This document shows positions 1 to 10,267 of a stretch of 64,000 nucleotides of DNA, in pieces. The notes beneath the pieces are model-generated. The model was not told the DNA's origin and did no database searches. It was given only the letters and a program-made list of their open reading frames with translations. Source of the DNA: Bacteroidota bacterium (GTDB lineage Bacteria; Bacteroidota; Ignavibacteria; Ignavibacteriales; Melioribacteraceae); NCBI GenBank assembly GCA_023397505.1, contig JAEWUC010000001.1, forward strand, positions 55,519-119,518, given 5' to 3'. The position numbers were made by a program, and so were the translations under genes. Within the stretch, counting starts at the first letter, position 1; every line of letters begins with the position of its first letter.

Positions 1-113
1 GCATGAGCAGTTCCGGCAGGAGTTTTATTGAAAAAAAGTTTCTTTGGGAAAATATTGCACGGAAATTTGAACAAACCTATTTTGAATTGATTCATAATAA
101 GATAAGTAAATGA
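1..113 (+). CDS. glycosyltransferase, C-terminal fragment (5' end outside window)
   Basis: Frame is open from the window edge to TGA at 111-113. The tail ...SFIEKKFLWENIARKFEQTYFELI resembles GT1/GT4-type C-termini. ATGA overlap with the next GT gene. Confidence 0.35.
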   Translation, partial: MSSSGRSFIEKKFLWENIARKFEQTYFELIHNKISK

Positions 114-1273
114 TTACAGCCTTGGAAATATTATTCTACTTACTTTGCCTTTTGGTAATTAATTCTTTTTTCATTTACCCGCTTGTTGTTTTTTTAGCAA
201 GTAAAAGATACACTGGTCGTGTTACAATTCATGGGTTTGAACCCACCCTTTCAATTCTTATTGCCGCCTATAATGAGGAAAAGGTAATTAAAGAGAGAAT
301 AGAAAATATTGCTTCGATGAATTACGATTTGAATAAAATAGAAGTATACGTTGGTTCGGATCAATCAACCGACCGCACAAATGAAATTCTTCTTGAAGCA
401 GAAAAAAAATATAATTGGCTGCATCTGTATATTACGGAAAAAAGGAGCGGTAAAGCTGGTATTTTAAATGAGCTTATCAAGAAAGCAAAAAATGAAATCA
501 TAGTATTCACCGATGCCAATACAGAATTTCATCCAGATGTATTTAAAAATCTTAGTGAAGATTTTGCAGATGAAAAAGTTGGCGGTGTCTGCGGCAAGCT
601 TGTTTTAATAGAAAACGATGTGAGCCGAAGCGAGGGAGTAGAAGAAACCAAATATTGGCAGTACGAAACTATTATAAAACGTGCCGAAGGCAAGTGCGGA
701 ATTCTTCTTTCTGCAAACGGCGGAATATTTGCTATTAGAAAAGAATTGTATAAACCAATTCCAACACAAAATGCAGTTACAGACGATCTTTTTGTTTCGC
801 TTTCTGTTATTGAACAAAATTTTAGGTTTACTTACCGCGAAGATGCAATTGCTTACGAAGGCACAGGTGTAGATTTATTATCGGAATACAATAGAAAAGT
901 AAGATTCGGCTCAACAAATTTTCAAACACTTATTTATTTTAAAAATTTGTTGTCGTTCAAAAATCTCAAAGTTGCATACTCTTTCTTTTCGCATAAAGTA
1001 ACGCGCTGGTTTTTGCCCGCCATTCTGGCATCGATTTTCATTTTAAGTTGGTTTCTGTCGGATTACGTCTATTGGGCGCAAAAGTTTTTTATGCTTCAAA
1101 CGGCATTTTATCTCCTTGCATTTTGCGGCTATTTACTTTCGCTTGTAAGAATAAGAATAGCATTGTTTTCTTTACCGTATTTCTTTTTTGTTTCCAACAT
1201 CGCCATTGTTGAAGGATTTATAAAATTCATACGTAAAAAGCACAGTGTAATTTGGGAATCAACAAAGAGATAA
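110..1273 (+). CDS. family 2 glycosyltransferase (membrane-bound, processive-synthase-like)
   Basis: N-terminal TM helix, then LSILIAAYNEEKVIKERIENI, VGSDQSTDRT and FTDANT (DxD-like) motifs. C-terminal TM helices. Typical GT2 architecture. Confidence 0.8.
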   Translation: MITALEILFYLLCLLVINSFFIYPLVVFLASKRYTGRVTIHGFEPTLSILIAAYNEEKVIKERIENIASMNYDLNKIEVYVGSDQSTDRTNEILLEAEKKYNWLHLYITEKRSGKAGILNELIKKAKNEIIVFTDANTEFHPDVFKNLSEDFADEKVGGVCGKLVLIENDVSRSEGVEETKYWQYETIIKRAEGKCGILLSANGGIFAIRKELYKPIPTQNAVTDDLFVSLSVIEQNFRFTYREDAIAYEGTGVDLLSEYNRKVRFGSTNFQTLIYFKNLLSFKNLKVAYSFFSHKVTRWFLPAILASIFILSWFLSDYVYWAQKFFMLQTAFYLLAFCGYLLSLVRIRIALFSLPYFFFVSNIAIVEGFIKFIRKKHSVIWESTKR

Positions 1274-1275
1274 AT

Positions 1276-2475
1276 ATGAACTACAACATTATTGTTATTG
1301 GAGCGGGAATAGTAGGACTCGCAAGCGCTTTGAAAATATTGGAAAAACATCCGGCTCTAAAATTACTTGTGCTTGAAAAAGAAAACGAAGTAGCAAAACA
1401 TCAAACCGGAAACAACAGCGGAGTAATTCATTCGGGAATTTATTACAAACCCGGTAGTTTAAAAGCTACAAACTGCATTCGAGGTTACGAAATGTTGTTG
1501 GAGTTTTGCGATAAGAACGATGTTAAATACGATATTTGCGGTAAAGTAATTGTTGCTACATCGCAAAATGAAATTCCCGCACTGAATAATATCTATGAAC
1601 GTGGTTTGCAAAACGGTTTAAAGGGTTTAAGAAAACTTAACCGTGAGCAGCTTGTGGAATTCGAACCGTATGTAAATGGTGTTGAGGGTGTGCTTGTACC
1701 GCAGACCGGAATAGTTGATTATCTCGAAGTATCGAAAAAGTATGCTGAAAAAATTCAATTCTTCGGAGGGGAAATTAAATTCAATCAAAAAGTAAACGGT
1801 ATAAAAATTAAAACAGATATTTGCGAAATTATCACAGACGATAAATCGTATACAGCCGATGTTGTTGTAACATGCACAGGACTTCATTCCGACCGCATTG
1901 CAAAGATGACGCATCCCGATTTACCGATAAGAATTATTCCTTTCCGAGGCGAGTATTATAAAATAAAGGAAGAAAAAAAATATCTTGTGAAGAATTTGAT
2001 TTACCCGGTACCCGATCCGGCTTTCCCCTTTCTCGGAGTTCATTTTACAAGAATGATTGACGGCGAAAGAGAAGCCGGACCAAACGCGGTTTTTTCCTTT
2101 AAGAGGGAAGGTTACAAAAAAACAAGTTTCAATCTCCGCGATTCATTTGAATCGTTAACTTGGCGCGGATTTCATAATGTTATGATAAAAAATATGATGA
2201 TGGGTATTGGAGAATATTACCGTTCATTTTATAAACCCGCATTTGTTAAAGCGTTGCAGCGGCTCGTACCGGATATTGAAAGCAATGATCTTGCAGCTGG
2301 TGGTTCCGGAGTTCGTGCACAGGCATGCAGCAAAGACGGCGGTTTGCTCGATGATTTTTACATTGTTGAAGATAAAAGAATTCTCCATGTTTGCAATGCT
2401 CCATCGCCGGCTGCTACAAGCTCATTATCTATCGGGGATTTTATTTCTCAAAAAGTTATTGAGCGTATTAATTAA
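1276..2475 (+). CDS. lhgO: FAD-dependent oxidoreductase, L-2-hydroxyglutarate oxidase-like
   Basis: MNYNIIVIGAGIVGLA dinucleotide-binding motif at the N-terminus. HQTGNNSGVIHSGIYYKPGSLKA and C-terminal VCNAPSPAATSSL match the LhgO/YgaF family. Start moved from TTG 1252 to ATG 1276 so the GxGxxG motif is N-terminal. Confidence 0.7.
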   Translation: MNYNIIVIGAGIVGLASALKILEKHPALKLLVLEKENEVAKHQTGNNSGVIHSGIYYKPGSLKATNCIRGYEMLLEFCDKNDVKYDICGKVIVATSQNEIPALNNIYERGLQNGLKGLRKLNREQLVEFEPYVNGVEGVLVPQTGIVDYLEVSKKYAEKIQFFGGEIKFNQKVNGIKIKTDICEIITDDKSYTADVVVTCTGLHSDRIAKMTHPDLPIRIIPFRGEYYKIKEEKKYLVKNLIYPVPDPAFPFLGVHFTRMIDGEREAGPNAVFSFKREGYKKTSFNLRDSFESLTWRGFHNVMIKNMMMGIGEYYRSFYKPAFVKALQRLVPDIESNDLAAGGSGVRAQACSKDGGLLDDFYIVEDKRILHVCNAPSPAATSSLSIGDFISQKVIERIN

Positions 2476-2481
2476 TTTTTT

Positions 2482-3897
2482 TTGAGATCCAAGTTGAATA
2501 AAAAAACTGAAAAAATATTTTTACTGATTACTGATTTCTTCACAATCAATATTACATGGTTGTTGTTTTTTTATCTCCGCGTACAAACAGGCTGGTTCGA
2601 TCTTATTTCTCAACCCGATGTTCTACTTCCGATGTTTTCAATATATTTTTATTGGATTATTATTTTCACCTTTGTAGGAATGTATAGAACCTGGTTTGCG
2701 CTTTCCCGCCTGGACGAACTCTCCACTCTATTTAAATCTTCTTTTGTGGGAATATTCATTCTGCTGTTCCTTATAATGTTCGATGAATACTCTTCAAACA
2801 GCGGAACATCAATGCGCTTTTATATTTTTCTTTACTGGGCAATTTTTCTATTCTTTGTCGGCTCGGGACGATTAGCAATTCGAAGTCTCCAAAGAAATTT
2901 GCTCATTAAAGGAATTGGCAGAAGAAACGCGTTGATTATCGGATTCAATCCCAAAGCACATGAAGTGCACGATATGATTTTAAAGTACCGCGCTCTCGGT
3001 CTTGATGTTGTTGGTTACATTGCTGCCAAAGAGAAAAATATCGGCAAGGAATATAGAGGAAAAAGGGTCATTAGCGATGTTTCGAATCTTGAAAAAACAA
3101 TTGACGAGTTGAATATAAAAAATATAATTGTATCGCTCGAACGGCATCACGAAGATGAATTACTTGATGTTATTTCCAAGTGCGAAGGAAAAAATGTTGA
3201 AATAAAAATGGTTCCGGATTTGTACGATATAATCAGCGGGCAGGCGCGCACAGCTCAAATTTACGGTGTTCCACTTATCGATGTAATGCCCGAACTTATG
3301 CCGGAATGGGAAAAAAAATTAAAACGTTTAATGGATATTATTCTTTCATTGATTCTTTTAATAGTTACTTCTCCAATAACGTTAGCTTTTATGATAGCTA
3401 TAAAAGTAGACAGCAAAGGACCTGTTTTTTATCTACAGGAAAGAATGGGTTTGAATGGAAAGATTTTTAAAATTGTTAAGTTTAGAACTATGGTTCAAGA
3501 TGCCGAAAAAGCATCCGGACCTGTTTGGTCAACTAAAGATGATCCACGAATTACAAAGGTCGGTAGATTTATCAGGAAAGTCAGGATAGATGAAATTCCA
3601 CAAGCAGTCAATGTTTTAATGGGAGATATGAGTTTTGTAGGCCCGCGCCCCGAACGACCTTATTTTGTTGAGAAACTTTCCCAGGAGATTCCGTTGTATA
3701 AGAGGCGTTTGAAAGTTCGACCCGGAATTACAGGATGGGCACAAGTTAAACACAAGTATGATGAAACAATCGAAGACGTAAAAATGAAATTACGTTACGA
3801 TCTTTTTTATATTGAAAACATGAGTTTGAGAATGGATTTTAAAATTATTTTTAGAACTGTTTTTGTAGTCTTATTCGGCAAAGGACATTTTGAGTGA
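2482..3897 (+). CDS. polyprenyl glycosylphosphotransferase (bacterial sugar transferase, WbaP/EpsL-like initiating enzyme)
   Basis: Four to five N-terminal TM helices and a central Rossmann-like region. C-terminal GPVFYLQERMGLNGKIFKIVKFRTM...DEIPQ..NVLMGDMSFVGPRPERP catalytic signature. TTG start. Confidence 0.85.
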   Translation: MRSKLNKKTEKIFLLITDFFTINITWLLFFYLRVQTGWFDLISQPDVLLPMFSIYFYWIIIFTFVGMYRTWFALSRLDELSTLFKSSFVGIFILLFLIMFDEYSSNSGTSMRFYIFLYWAIFLFFVGSGRLAIRSLQRNLLIKGIGRRNALIIGFNPKAHEVHDMILKYRALGLDVVGYIAAKEKNIGKEYRGKRVISDVSNLEKTIDELNIKNIIVSLERHHEDELLDVISKCEGKNVEIKMVPDLYDIISGQARTAQIYGVPLIDVMPELMPEWEKKLKRLMDIILSLILLIVTSPITLAFMIAIKVDSKGPVFYLQERMGLNGKIFKIVKFRTMVQDAEKASGPVWSTKDDPRITKVGRFIRKVRIDEIPQAVNVLMGDMSFVGPRPERPYFVEKLSQEIPLYKRRLKVRPGITGWAQVKHKYDETIEDVKMKLRYDLFYIENMSLRMDFKIIFRTVFVVLFGKGHFE

Positions 3898-3898
3898 T

Positions 3899-4615
3899 AT
3901 GAAAACTATTGTAATTATTCCAACGTATAACGAGCTTGATAATCTTCACAGATTGCTGCCGCATGTTTTGAGCGATTATCCAGATATTCACATTCTAATT
4001 GTTGACGACAACTCGCCCGACGGAACGGCAAATTATGTTGAAGATTTGGGCAAGAATGATGAACGCGTAAAAATTATTAAGCGCGATAAAAAAAGAGGAC
4101 TCGGCACCGCATACGTTGCAGGTTTTAGGTATATGCTATCGAACGGCTATGATAATGCTATACAGATGGACGCTGATTATTCTCACGACCCAATTGAAAT
4201 TAAGAATTTTCTTAAAGCAATTGAAACTCACGATCTGGTAATAGGAAGCCGTTACACCGACGGAGTACGCGTTGTTAATTGGCCTATTAAAAGATTGCTG
4301 CTAAGTTATTTTGCGAATCTTTATACAAGAATTATTACCGGAATGCCCATTAAAGATGCAACCGGCGGCTTCAAATGTTTTAGAAGAGAAGTTCTTCAAT
4401 CAATCGATCTCGATAAAATTAATTCAAACGGTTATTCATTCCAGATAGAAATGAATTACAAAGCTTGGAAGAAAAATTTTAGACTTTGCGAAATACCGAT
4501 AACATTTGTCGACAGAGTGCACGGTACTTCAAAGATGTCTAAAAAAATAGTTTACGAAGCGGTGTTCATGGTTTGGAAATTGAGGTTCAAAAGTTTTTTC
4601 GGAACACTAAATTGA
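3899..4615 (+). CDS. polyprenol-phosphate glycosyltransferase (GT2, Dpm1/dolichyl-phosphate mannose synthase-like)
   Basis: IVIIPTYNELDNL, ILIVDDNSPDGT, QMDADYSHDP and GSRY motifs. ATG at 3899 lies just after the upstream stop. Confidence 0.8.
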   Translation: MKTIVIIPTYNELDNLHRLLPHVLSDYPDIHILIVDDNSPDGTANYVEDLGKNDERVKIIKRDKKRGLGTAYVAGFRYMLSNGYDNAIQMDADYSHDPIEIKNFLKAIETHDLVIGSRYTDGVRVVNWPIKRLLLSYFANLYTRIITGMPIKDATGGFKCFRREVLQSIDLDKINSNGYSFQIEMNYKAWKKNFRLCEIPITFVDRVHGTSKMSKKIVYEAVFMVWKLRFKSFFGTLN

Positions 4616-4621
4616 TTGATA

Positions 4622-6613
4622 ATGATTGACCTTTCCGTAATCATAGTAAATTATAACGTCAAAGAATTTCTCTTAAATTCTTTGGATTCCATTCGCAAAG
4701 CAGCGCAAAATATTTCTATAGAAATAATTGTTGTTGATAACTCATCCGATGACGGAAGCATCGAAGCCCTCAAAGACAAATATCCAGATGTGATTTTAAT
4801 AGAAAATAAAAAAAATGTCGGATTTGGCAGAGCTAATAATCAAGCGCTCGAAATTGCTAAAGGGAAGTATTTTTTATTATTGAATCCAGATACTATTGTT
4901 CGCGAAGATACATTTGAAAAAATGATTAGTTTTTTTGAAACTCATCCGCAAGCCGGTATTGCCGGTTGTAAAGTTTTAAATCCCGACGCTACTTTGCAGC
5001 TTGCATGCAGAAGGGGTTTCCCCGGTCCATGGACTTCCTTCACAAAAGTTATGGGATTAAGTTCTCTTTTTCCCAAAAGCAAATTATTTGCACGTTACAA
5101 CTTGACATATTTAAATGAAAACGAAACCTATGAAGTGGATGCTGTCAGCGGTGCATTTCTGATGTTGAAAAAAGAAGCGTATGAGAAAATCGGCGGGTTC
5201 GATCCGCAGTTTTTTATGTATGGCGAAGATTTGGATTTATGTTACCGTATTCAAAAAGCCGGGTTTAAAGTCTTTTACTTTCACGAAACCGAAATAATCC
5301 ATTACAAAGGCGAGAGCACAAAAAGAAGCAGTATTGATGAAACCCGCGTCTTTTACGACGCTATGCATCTGTTTGTTAAAAAACATTTTTCTGCTTCTTT
5401 TATTGTAGAATCTATTCTTCAATTAGCCATACTTTTAAGAAAAATACTTGCATTCGCCAATGTTTATAAGATTGCACTGATTGGAATTTTTATAGACTTC
5501 ATGTTTTTAAGCGGTTCTGTTTTTCTTGCGGAAAAAATTTATTCAAGCTATAAACTCTACGAATTTCCAGATTATGCTATCCCCTGGGTTTACTTTGCGC
5601 CGGCGCTTTTGCAATTTGTTATATCGGCTGTCAGCGGGGCATACAAGAAAAATTCTTTGTCGGTACTAAAAATTATTATCTCACTTTTTTACGGGTTTAT
5701 AATTCTATCAACACTCACGTACTTTTTCAAACAATTCGCATTCAGCCGTGCAGTTGTGTTAATAACATATTTAATTGCGGTGGTTGTGTTTTTAACTTGG
5801 CGGATAGTTGTAAAAATAATTTTCAAAACCGGTTTTAGAGACACTAAAAAAGCACGTACGCTTATTGTTGGTTTTGATTCGAAAACCACCGAACTTGCAT
5901 CTAAATTAAAATCACATTTTACTTCTCTTTATAATGTCGTTGGTTTGATTGGTTTTTCAAGAAAAAGTATTGGAGAGAAAATAGGGTCATATAAAGTCCT
6001 CGGTGCATTGGACAATTTAAAGAAAATCATTATAGATGAGAAAATTGAAAAAGTAATTTTCTCTTCGGAAGATTTATCTTTCGATCAGATGTTTTCAGTT
6101 GTTGCAGAATGCCATGGATTAAATGTAGAATTTATGGTTGCCGGAAAGGAACTTGATTATCTTGTTGGAAAAACTTCCGTTACAATGCTTGACGACATTG
6201 CATTGTTAAAGGTACAGTATAATATTTCCGATCTTGGATATAAACTCACAAAACAAATTTTCGATTTTGTATTAAGCTTAATCTTAATTTTACTTTGCTT
6301 TTATCCTTTGATATATTTGATCCACAAGTTCACATCAAAGAAGAACGACGTTGTAAAATTCATCCTTGAAATTCCAAAAGTATTAAAAGGAGAAAAAAGT
6401 TTTGTTGGACCGTTTGTTTCTTCTTATTACGGAGAGCTTTTTGTAGGAAAGTTGGGATTAACAGGACTCTGGTATGTTGAAAATCTTTCTGTTATAGATG
6501 AAGATGAGATGAAAAGTTTGGATTTATTTTATGCGAAAAATCAAAATATTTGGCTCGATCTCGAAATATTGGGACGAACTATTTCCAAAATGTTTTTTAA
6601 GACGGAGAAATAA
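4622..6613 (+). CDS. GT2 glycosyltransferase fused to a degenerate polyprenyl glycosylphosphotransferase-like C-terminal half
   Basis: N-terminus has [30 protein letters not shown] and [10 protein letters not shown] (rhamnosyl-type GT2). The C-terminal half resembles the central and terminal regions of the 2482..3897 product (TLIVGFDSK..., ...SFVGP..., GLTGLWYV) but lacks the KFRTM/DEIPQ core. Confidence 0.7.
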   Translation: MIDLSVIIVNYNVKEFLLNSLDSIRKAAQNISIEIIVVDNSSDDGSIEALKDKYPDVILIENKKNVGFGRANNQALEIAKGKYFLLLNPDTIVREDTFEKMISFFETHPQAGIAGCKVLNPDATLQLACRRGFPGPWTSFTKVMGLSSLFPKSKLFARYNLTYLNENETYEVDAVSGAFLMLKKEAYEKIGGFDPQFFMYGEDLDLCYRIQKAGFKVFYFHETEIIHYKGESTKRSSIDETRVFYDAMHLFVKKHFSASFIVESILQLAILLRKILAFANVYKIALIGIFIDFMFLSGSVFLAEKIYSSYKLYEFPDYAIPWVYFAPALLQFVISAVSGAYKKNSLSVLKIIISLFYGFIILSTLTYFFKQFAFSRAVVLITYLIAVVVFLTWRIVVKIIFKTGFRDTKKARTLIVGFDSKTTELASKLKSHFTSLYNVVGLIGFSRKSIGEKIGSYKVLGALDNLKKIIIDEKIEKVIFSSEDLSFDQMFSVVAECHGLNVEFMVAGKELDYLVGKTSVTMLDDIALLKVQYNISDLGYKLTKQIFDFVLSLILILLCFYPLIYLIHKFTSKKNDVVKFILEIPKVLKGEKSFVGPFVSSYYGELFVGKLGLTGLWYVENLSVIDEDEMKSLDLFYAKNQNIWLDLEILGRTISKMFFKTEK

Positions 6614-7563
6614 TGGCAAAAAATACACTCGATTTTGAAAAACCGATTATCGAATTGGAAAGTAAAATAGAAGAAATGCGGAAGTACGAAAACCAACTCG
6701 ATATTTCCGAAGAAGTTCAAACTCTTGAAGAAAAAGTTAATCAGCTTAAAAAAAATATTTACGATAATCTTACACGCTGGCAGAGAGTTCAGCTTGCTCG
6801 TCATCCCGAACGACCTTATACTCAAGATTATATTTATATGATAATGGAAGATTTTATTGAATTGCACGGGGATAGACAATATAAAGATGATCATGCGATT
6901 ATAGGTGGATTTGCAAAAATTGATGAATACAAAGTGATGGTAATTGGCCATCAAAAAGGACGAGATACAAAATCAAATTTGTTTAGAAATTTTGGAATGC
7001 CGAATCCCGAAGGTTATAGAAAAGCTTTGCGTTTAATGAAACTTGCTGAAAAATTTAATAAACCTGTAATCACATTATTGGATACGCCCGGTGCTTATCC
7101 GGGAATTGAGGCCGAACAGCGCGGGCAAGCGGAAGCGATTGCGCGAAATCTTTTGGAAATGAGCCGGCTTAAAGTTCCGATAATTGTTTGCATAATTGGG
7201 GAAGGTGCTAGCGGCGGCGCACTCGGCATCGGCATCGGCGACAGAATTCTAATGCTGCAAAATACTTGGTATTCTGTAATTAGTCCCGAATCTTGCTCAA
7301 GTATTTTATGGCGAAGCTGGGATTATAAAGAACAAGCAGCCGAAGCTTTAAAACTTACAGCCGAAGATTTGATAGAGCAGGGAATTGTTGACAGAATAGT
7401 ACCGGAACCTCTCGGCGGCGCGCATAAAAATCATCAATTAATGGCCAGCACTTTAAAAACAGTTTTAAAAGAAGAACTTGCATCGTTAGTAAAAATTAAA
7501 CCCGATAAACTTGTTCAATCCCGTTTGGAAAAATTTGGTAAAATGGGCGTTTATCAGGAATAG
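6613..7563 (+). CDS. accA: acetyl-CoA carboxylase carboxyltransferase subunit alpha
   Basis: [38 protein letters not shown] and [10 protein letters not shown] motifs. TAATG overlap with the upstream gene. Confidence 0.95.
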   Translation: MAKNTLDFEKPIIELESKIEEMRKYENQLDISEEVQTLEEKVNQLKKNIYDNLTRWQRVQLARHPERPYTQDYIYMIMEDFIELHGDRQYKDDHAIIGGFAKIDEYKVMVIGHQKGRDTKSNLFRNFGMPNPEGYRKALRLMKLAEKFNKPVITLLDTPGAYPGIEAEQRGQAEAIARNLLEMSRLKVPIIVCIIGEGASGGALGIGIGDRILMLQNTWYSVISPESCSSILWRSWDYKEQAAEALKLTAEDLIEQGIVDRIVPEPLGGAHKNHQLMASTLKTVLKEELASLVKIKPDKLVQSRLEKFGKMGVYQE

Positions 7564-7683
7564 ATTTTATAACCATTTTTTCTTGCTCATATTCGTGATC
7601 TTAATCCCGATCAATTTAAAAAGAATAAGAGCATGAGCAGATTAATGGTATGAGAAATACTAATTCATCATATAAATTCTGAC

Positions 7684-8100
7684 ATGTTAAAAAACACAAC
7701 TTCCATCCGTGTGCGCTATGCCGATACCGACAAAATGCAATTCGTTTATAACGGTAAATATCTTGAGTATTTTGAAGTAGGAAGAACTGAATTGTTGAGA
7801 TCATCAGGTTTAGCATATTCCGAAGTTGAAAATGCTGGTTATCAACTACCTTTGATTGAAGCCGGTGTTAAATATTTTTCGCCAGGTAGATACGATGATA
7901 TTCTTGATGTTGAAGCTACAGTAAAAGAATTGTTTTCGCCAAAAGTTCATATTGAATATAAAATTACTCGCAACCCAACCGGCGAATTAATAGCTGAAGG
8001 TTTTACGACTCATATTTTTATGAATGCCGAGACAAAGAAAGCGGTAAAGCCGCCAAAAATTTACATGGACACACTTAAACCTTTTTTTACACAAGATTAA
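7684..8100 (+). CDS. acyl-CoA thioesterase, YbgC/4HBT hot-dog family
   Basis: IRVRYADTDKMQFVYNGKYLEYFEVGRTELLR catalytic-Asp region and about 138 aa length are typical of YbgC-like thioesterases. Confidence 0.8.
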   Translation: MLKNTTSIRVRYADTDKMQFVYNGKYLEYFEVGRTELLRSSGLAYSEVENAGYQLPLIEAGVKYFSPGRYDDILDVEATVKELFSPKVHIEYKITRNPTGELIAEGFTTHIFMNAETKKAVKPPKIYMDTLKPFFTQD

Positions 8101-8146
8101 TTGATGTAGTAAAGCAAAAACTGGGCTGTTCGGAAAAGATTAATAA

Positions 8147-9610
8147 ATGAAAGAAAAAATTAAAGAGCTCTCGAAAGACACAATTCTTTATGGCATCAGT
8201 ACAATTGTTGGAAGATTTTTAAATTTCATTCTAGTGCCTTTTTATACAAATGTTTTCTCGCCGGCTGAAAATGGAATATTCAACAACGTTTACGCTTACA
8301 TAGCTTTTTTTAATGTAGTTTATATTTACGGAATGGACGCCGCTTTCATGAAGTTTTTTTCATCTGCGGATCAAAGTAAAAAGAAAGATACTTTTTCAAC
8401 ACCTTATATTTTTGTTTTAGGAACCACGCTTTTCCTTTCTCTACTTCTTATAATATTTAAAAGCAGTTTCCTTGAATTGATGGAACTAAAACAAGAATAT
8501 TCTTCACTACATTCTTATTTAATATTAATTCTTTTATTCGATACAATTGCACTTGTGCCGTTTGCTAACTTACGTCTGCACCGTAAAGTTATAAAGTTTA
8601 CTTCGATAAAGATTACAAACATTCTAATAAATCTTGCATTGAATTTAGTATTAATTCTCTATTTAAAAATGGGAATTGAGGCAATATTTATTGCGAACTT
8701 AGCAGCGTCAATTTTTTCTTTTGCAGCACTCACACCGGATATTTTCAAAAATCTTCATTTCAAAATTGATAAAGAAATTCTCAAAAAAATGTTGTACTTC
8801 GGGTTGCCGTATTTGCCTGCAAGTATTTCATCAACAATTGTTCAGGTTATAGATAGACCGATTGTGCAGGCAATGACGAATACCGAAACACTTGGAATTT
8901 ATTCTGCAAATTATAAGCTTGGTATTTTCATGATGCTTTTTGTAACGATGTTTAATTTTGCATGGCAGCCGTTCTTTTTAACAAATGCCAAGGAAGAAAA
9001 CGCAAAAGAACTGTTTTCGAAAATTCTTACATTGTTTCTGTTGGTCGCAAGTGTGATTTGGATTTTGCTCACTTTATTTGTCGATGATTTTGCGCGTTGG
9101 GAAATTTTACCGGGCCGTTCCATTATAGGTAAAGAATTTTTAAGCGGACTTTCAATCGTACCCATAATTTTACTCGGCTATTTGTTCAACGGAATTTATT
9201 ATAATTTTCAAGCCGGTTTATACATTGAAGAGAAAACAAAATATTTTCCTATCGTTACGGGACTCGGAGCAATTATAAATGTCTGTTCCAATTTGATTCT
9301 TATTCCTGCATTGGGAATAATGGGCGCAGCGCTTTCTACTCTTTTTGCATACATGGCAATGGCAGCAAGTTTGTTTTATTTCTCACAAAAGGTCTTTGAA
9401 ATCAAATATGAATATTCACGCATCATTAAAATCATTTCATTGATTTTTGTAACCGGCGGAGTTTATTACTATCTATTATATAATACCGGTTTGAGTTTAG
9501 CAATTAAATTTATTCTGCTTGCTGGATTTGTGTTCGCGATATTTATTCTTCGTATTCTCAACCTTTCGGAGTTTCTTAAATTAAGTAAGAAACTCATGCG
9601 AATCGGATAA
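8147..9610 (+). CDS. polysaccharide/oligosaccharide flippase (Wzx-like, MOP superfamily)
   Basis: About 12-14 predicted TM helices. N-terminus TILYGISTIVGRFLNFILVPFYTNVFSP is typical of polysaccharide biosynthesis (Polysacc_synt) proteins. Confidence 0.8.
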   Translation: MKEKIKELSKDTILYGISTIVGRFLNFILVPFYTNVFSPAENGIFNNVYAYIAFFNVVYIYGMDAAFMKFFSSADQSKKKDTFSTPYIFVLGTTLFLSLLLIIFKSSFLELMELKQEYSSLHSYLILILLFDTIALVPFANLRLHRKVIKFTSIKITNILINLALNLVLILYLKMGIEAIFIANLAASIFSFAALTPDIFKNLHFKIDKEILKKMLYFGLPYLPASISSTIVQVIDRPIVQAMTNTETLGIYSANYKLGIFMMLFVTMFNFAWQPFFLTNAKEENAKELFSKILTLFLLVASVIWILLTLFVDDFARWEILPGRSIIGKEFLSGLSIVPIILLGYLFNGIYYNFQAGLYIEEKTKYFPIVTGLGAIINVCSNLILIPALGIMGAALSTLFAYMAMAASLFYFSQKVFEIKYEYSRIIKIISLIFVTGGVYYYLLYNTGLSLAIKFILLAGFVFAIFILRILNLSEFLKLSKKLMRIG

Positions 9611-9698
9611 TTAGGTTCGTTTCAAGTTCTTTGTTTAAAATCAAGAAAGGAAAAAAAATCTTTTACTTTATATTTGTCTCAACACAATTCAGAATGTT

Positions 9699-10154
9699 AT
9701 GGAACAAATCAAAATAAAAATTCAAAGAGTAACGGAAAATTTTAACGATATTCCGATGCCGGAATATGCCACGGAAGGAAGCAGCGGTCTTGATCTTCGT
9801 GCTGCAGTTGAAAGCGATTTTATAATTGAAAAAGGTAAAGTGGCTCTTGTTTCAACAAATCTACGTGTTGAAATTCCTTTTGGATATGAAATTCAAGTTC
9901 GACCGCGCAGCGGTTTAGCCGCAAAGAATGGGATTGGAGTTTTAAATTCTCCAGGCACAATTGATTCCGATTACCGCGGCGAAATAAAAATAATTTTATT
10001 CAACTTTGGAACTGAAGATTTTGTTATAAAACGCGGCGATAGAATTGCACAAATGATTCTTGCAAAAGTTTATAGAATGGATATTGAAGAAACTCATGAA
10101 TTAAATGACAGCAACCGCGGAGACGGAGGATTTGGACATACGGGAACGAAGTGA
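9699..10154 (+). CDS. dut: dUTP diphosphatase
   Basis: GSSGLDLRA, RPRSGLAAKNGI, PGTIDSDYRGEI and C-terminal GGFGHTG motifs. Confidence 0.95.
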   Translation: MEQIKIKIQRVTENFNDIPMPEYATEGSSGLDLRAAVESDFIIEKGKVALVSTNLRVEIPFGYEIQVRPRSGLAAKNGIGVLNSPGTIDSDYRGEIKIILFNFGTEDFVIKRGDRIAQMILAKVYRMDIEETHELNDSNRGDGGFGHTGTK

Positions 10155-10267
10155 GTGAAGAATGGAGAGCGTAGAGTTTAGAGTTAATTCAAAGAGAGTG
10201 AGATAACAATTTTTCATAATAGATAGATTCAAGTATCAAGAATCTAGAATCCAGCTTCAAGAAAAGA

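Noticed and set aside
6541-6954. 137-aa ORF antisense to the 5' part of accA
   Set aside because: accA is unambiguous on the + strand, and the antisense product is a hydrophobic low-complexity sequence with no support.
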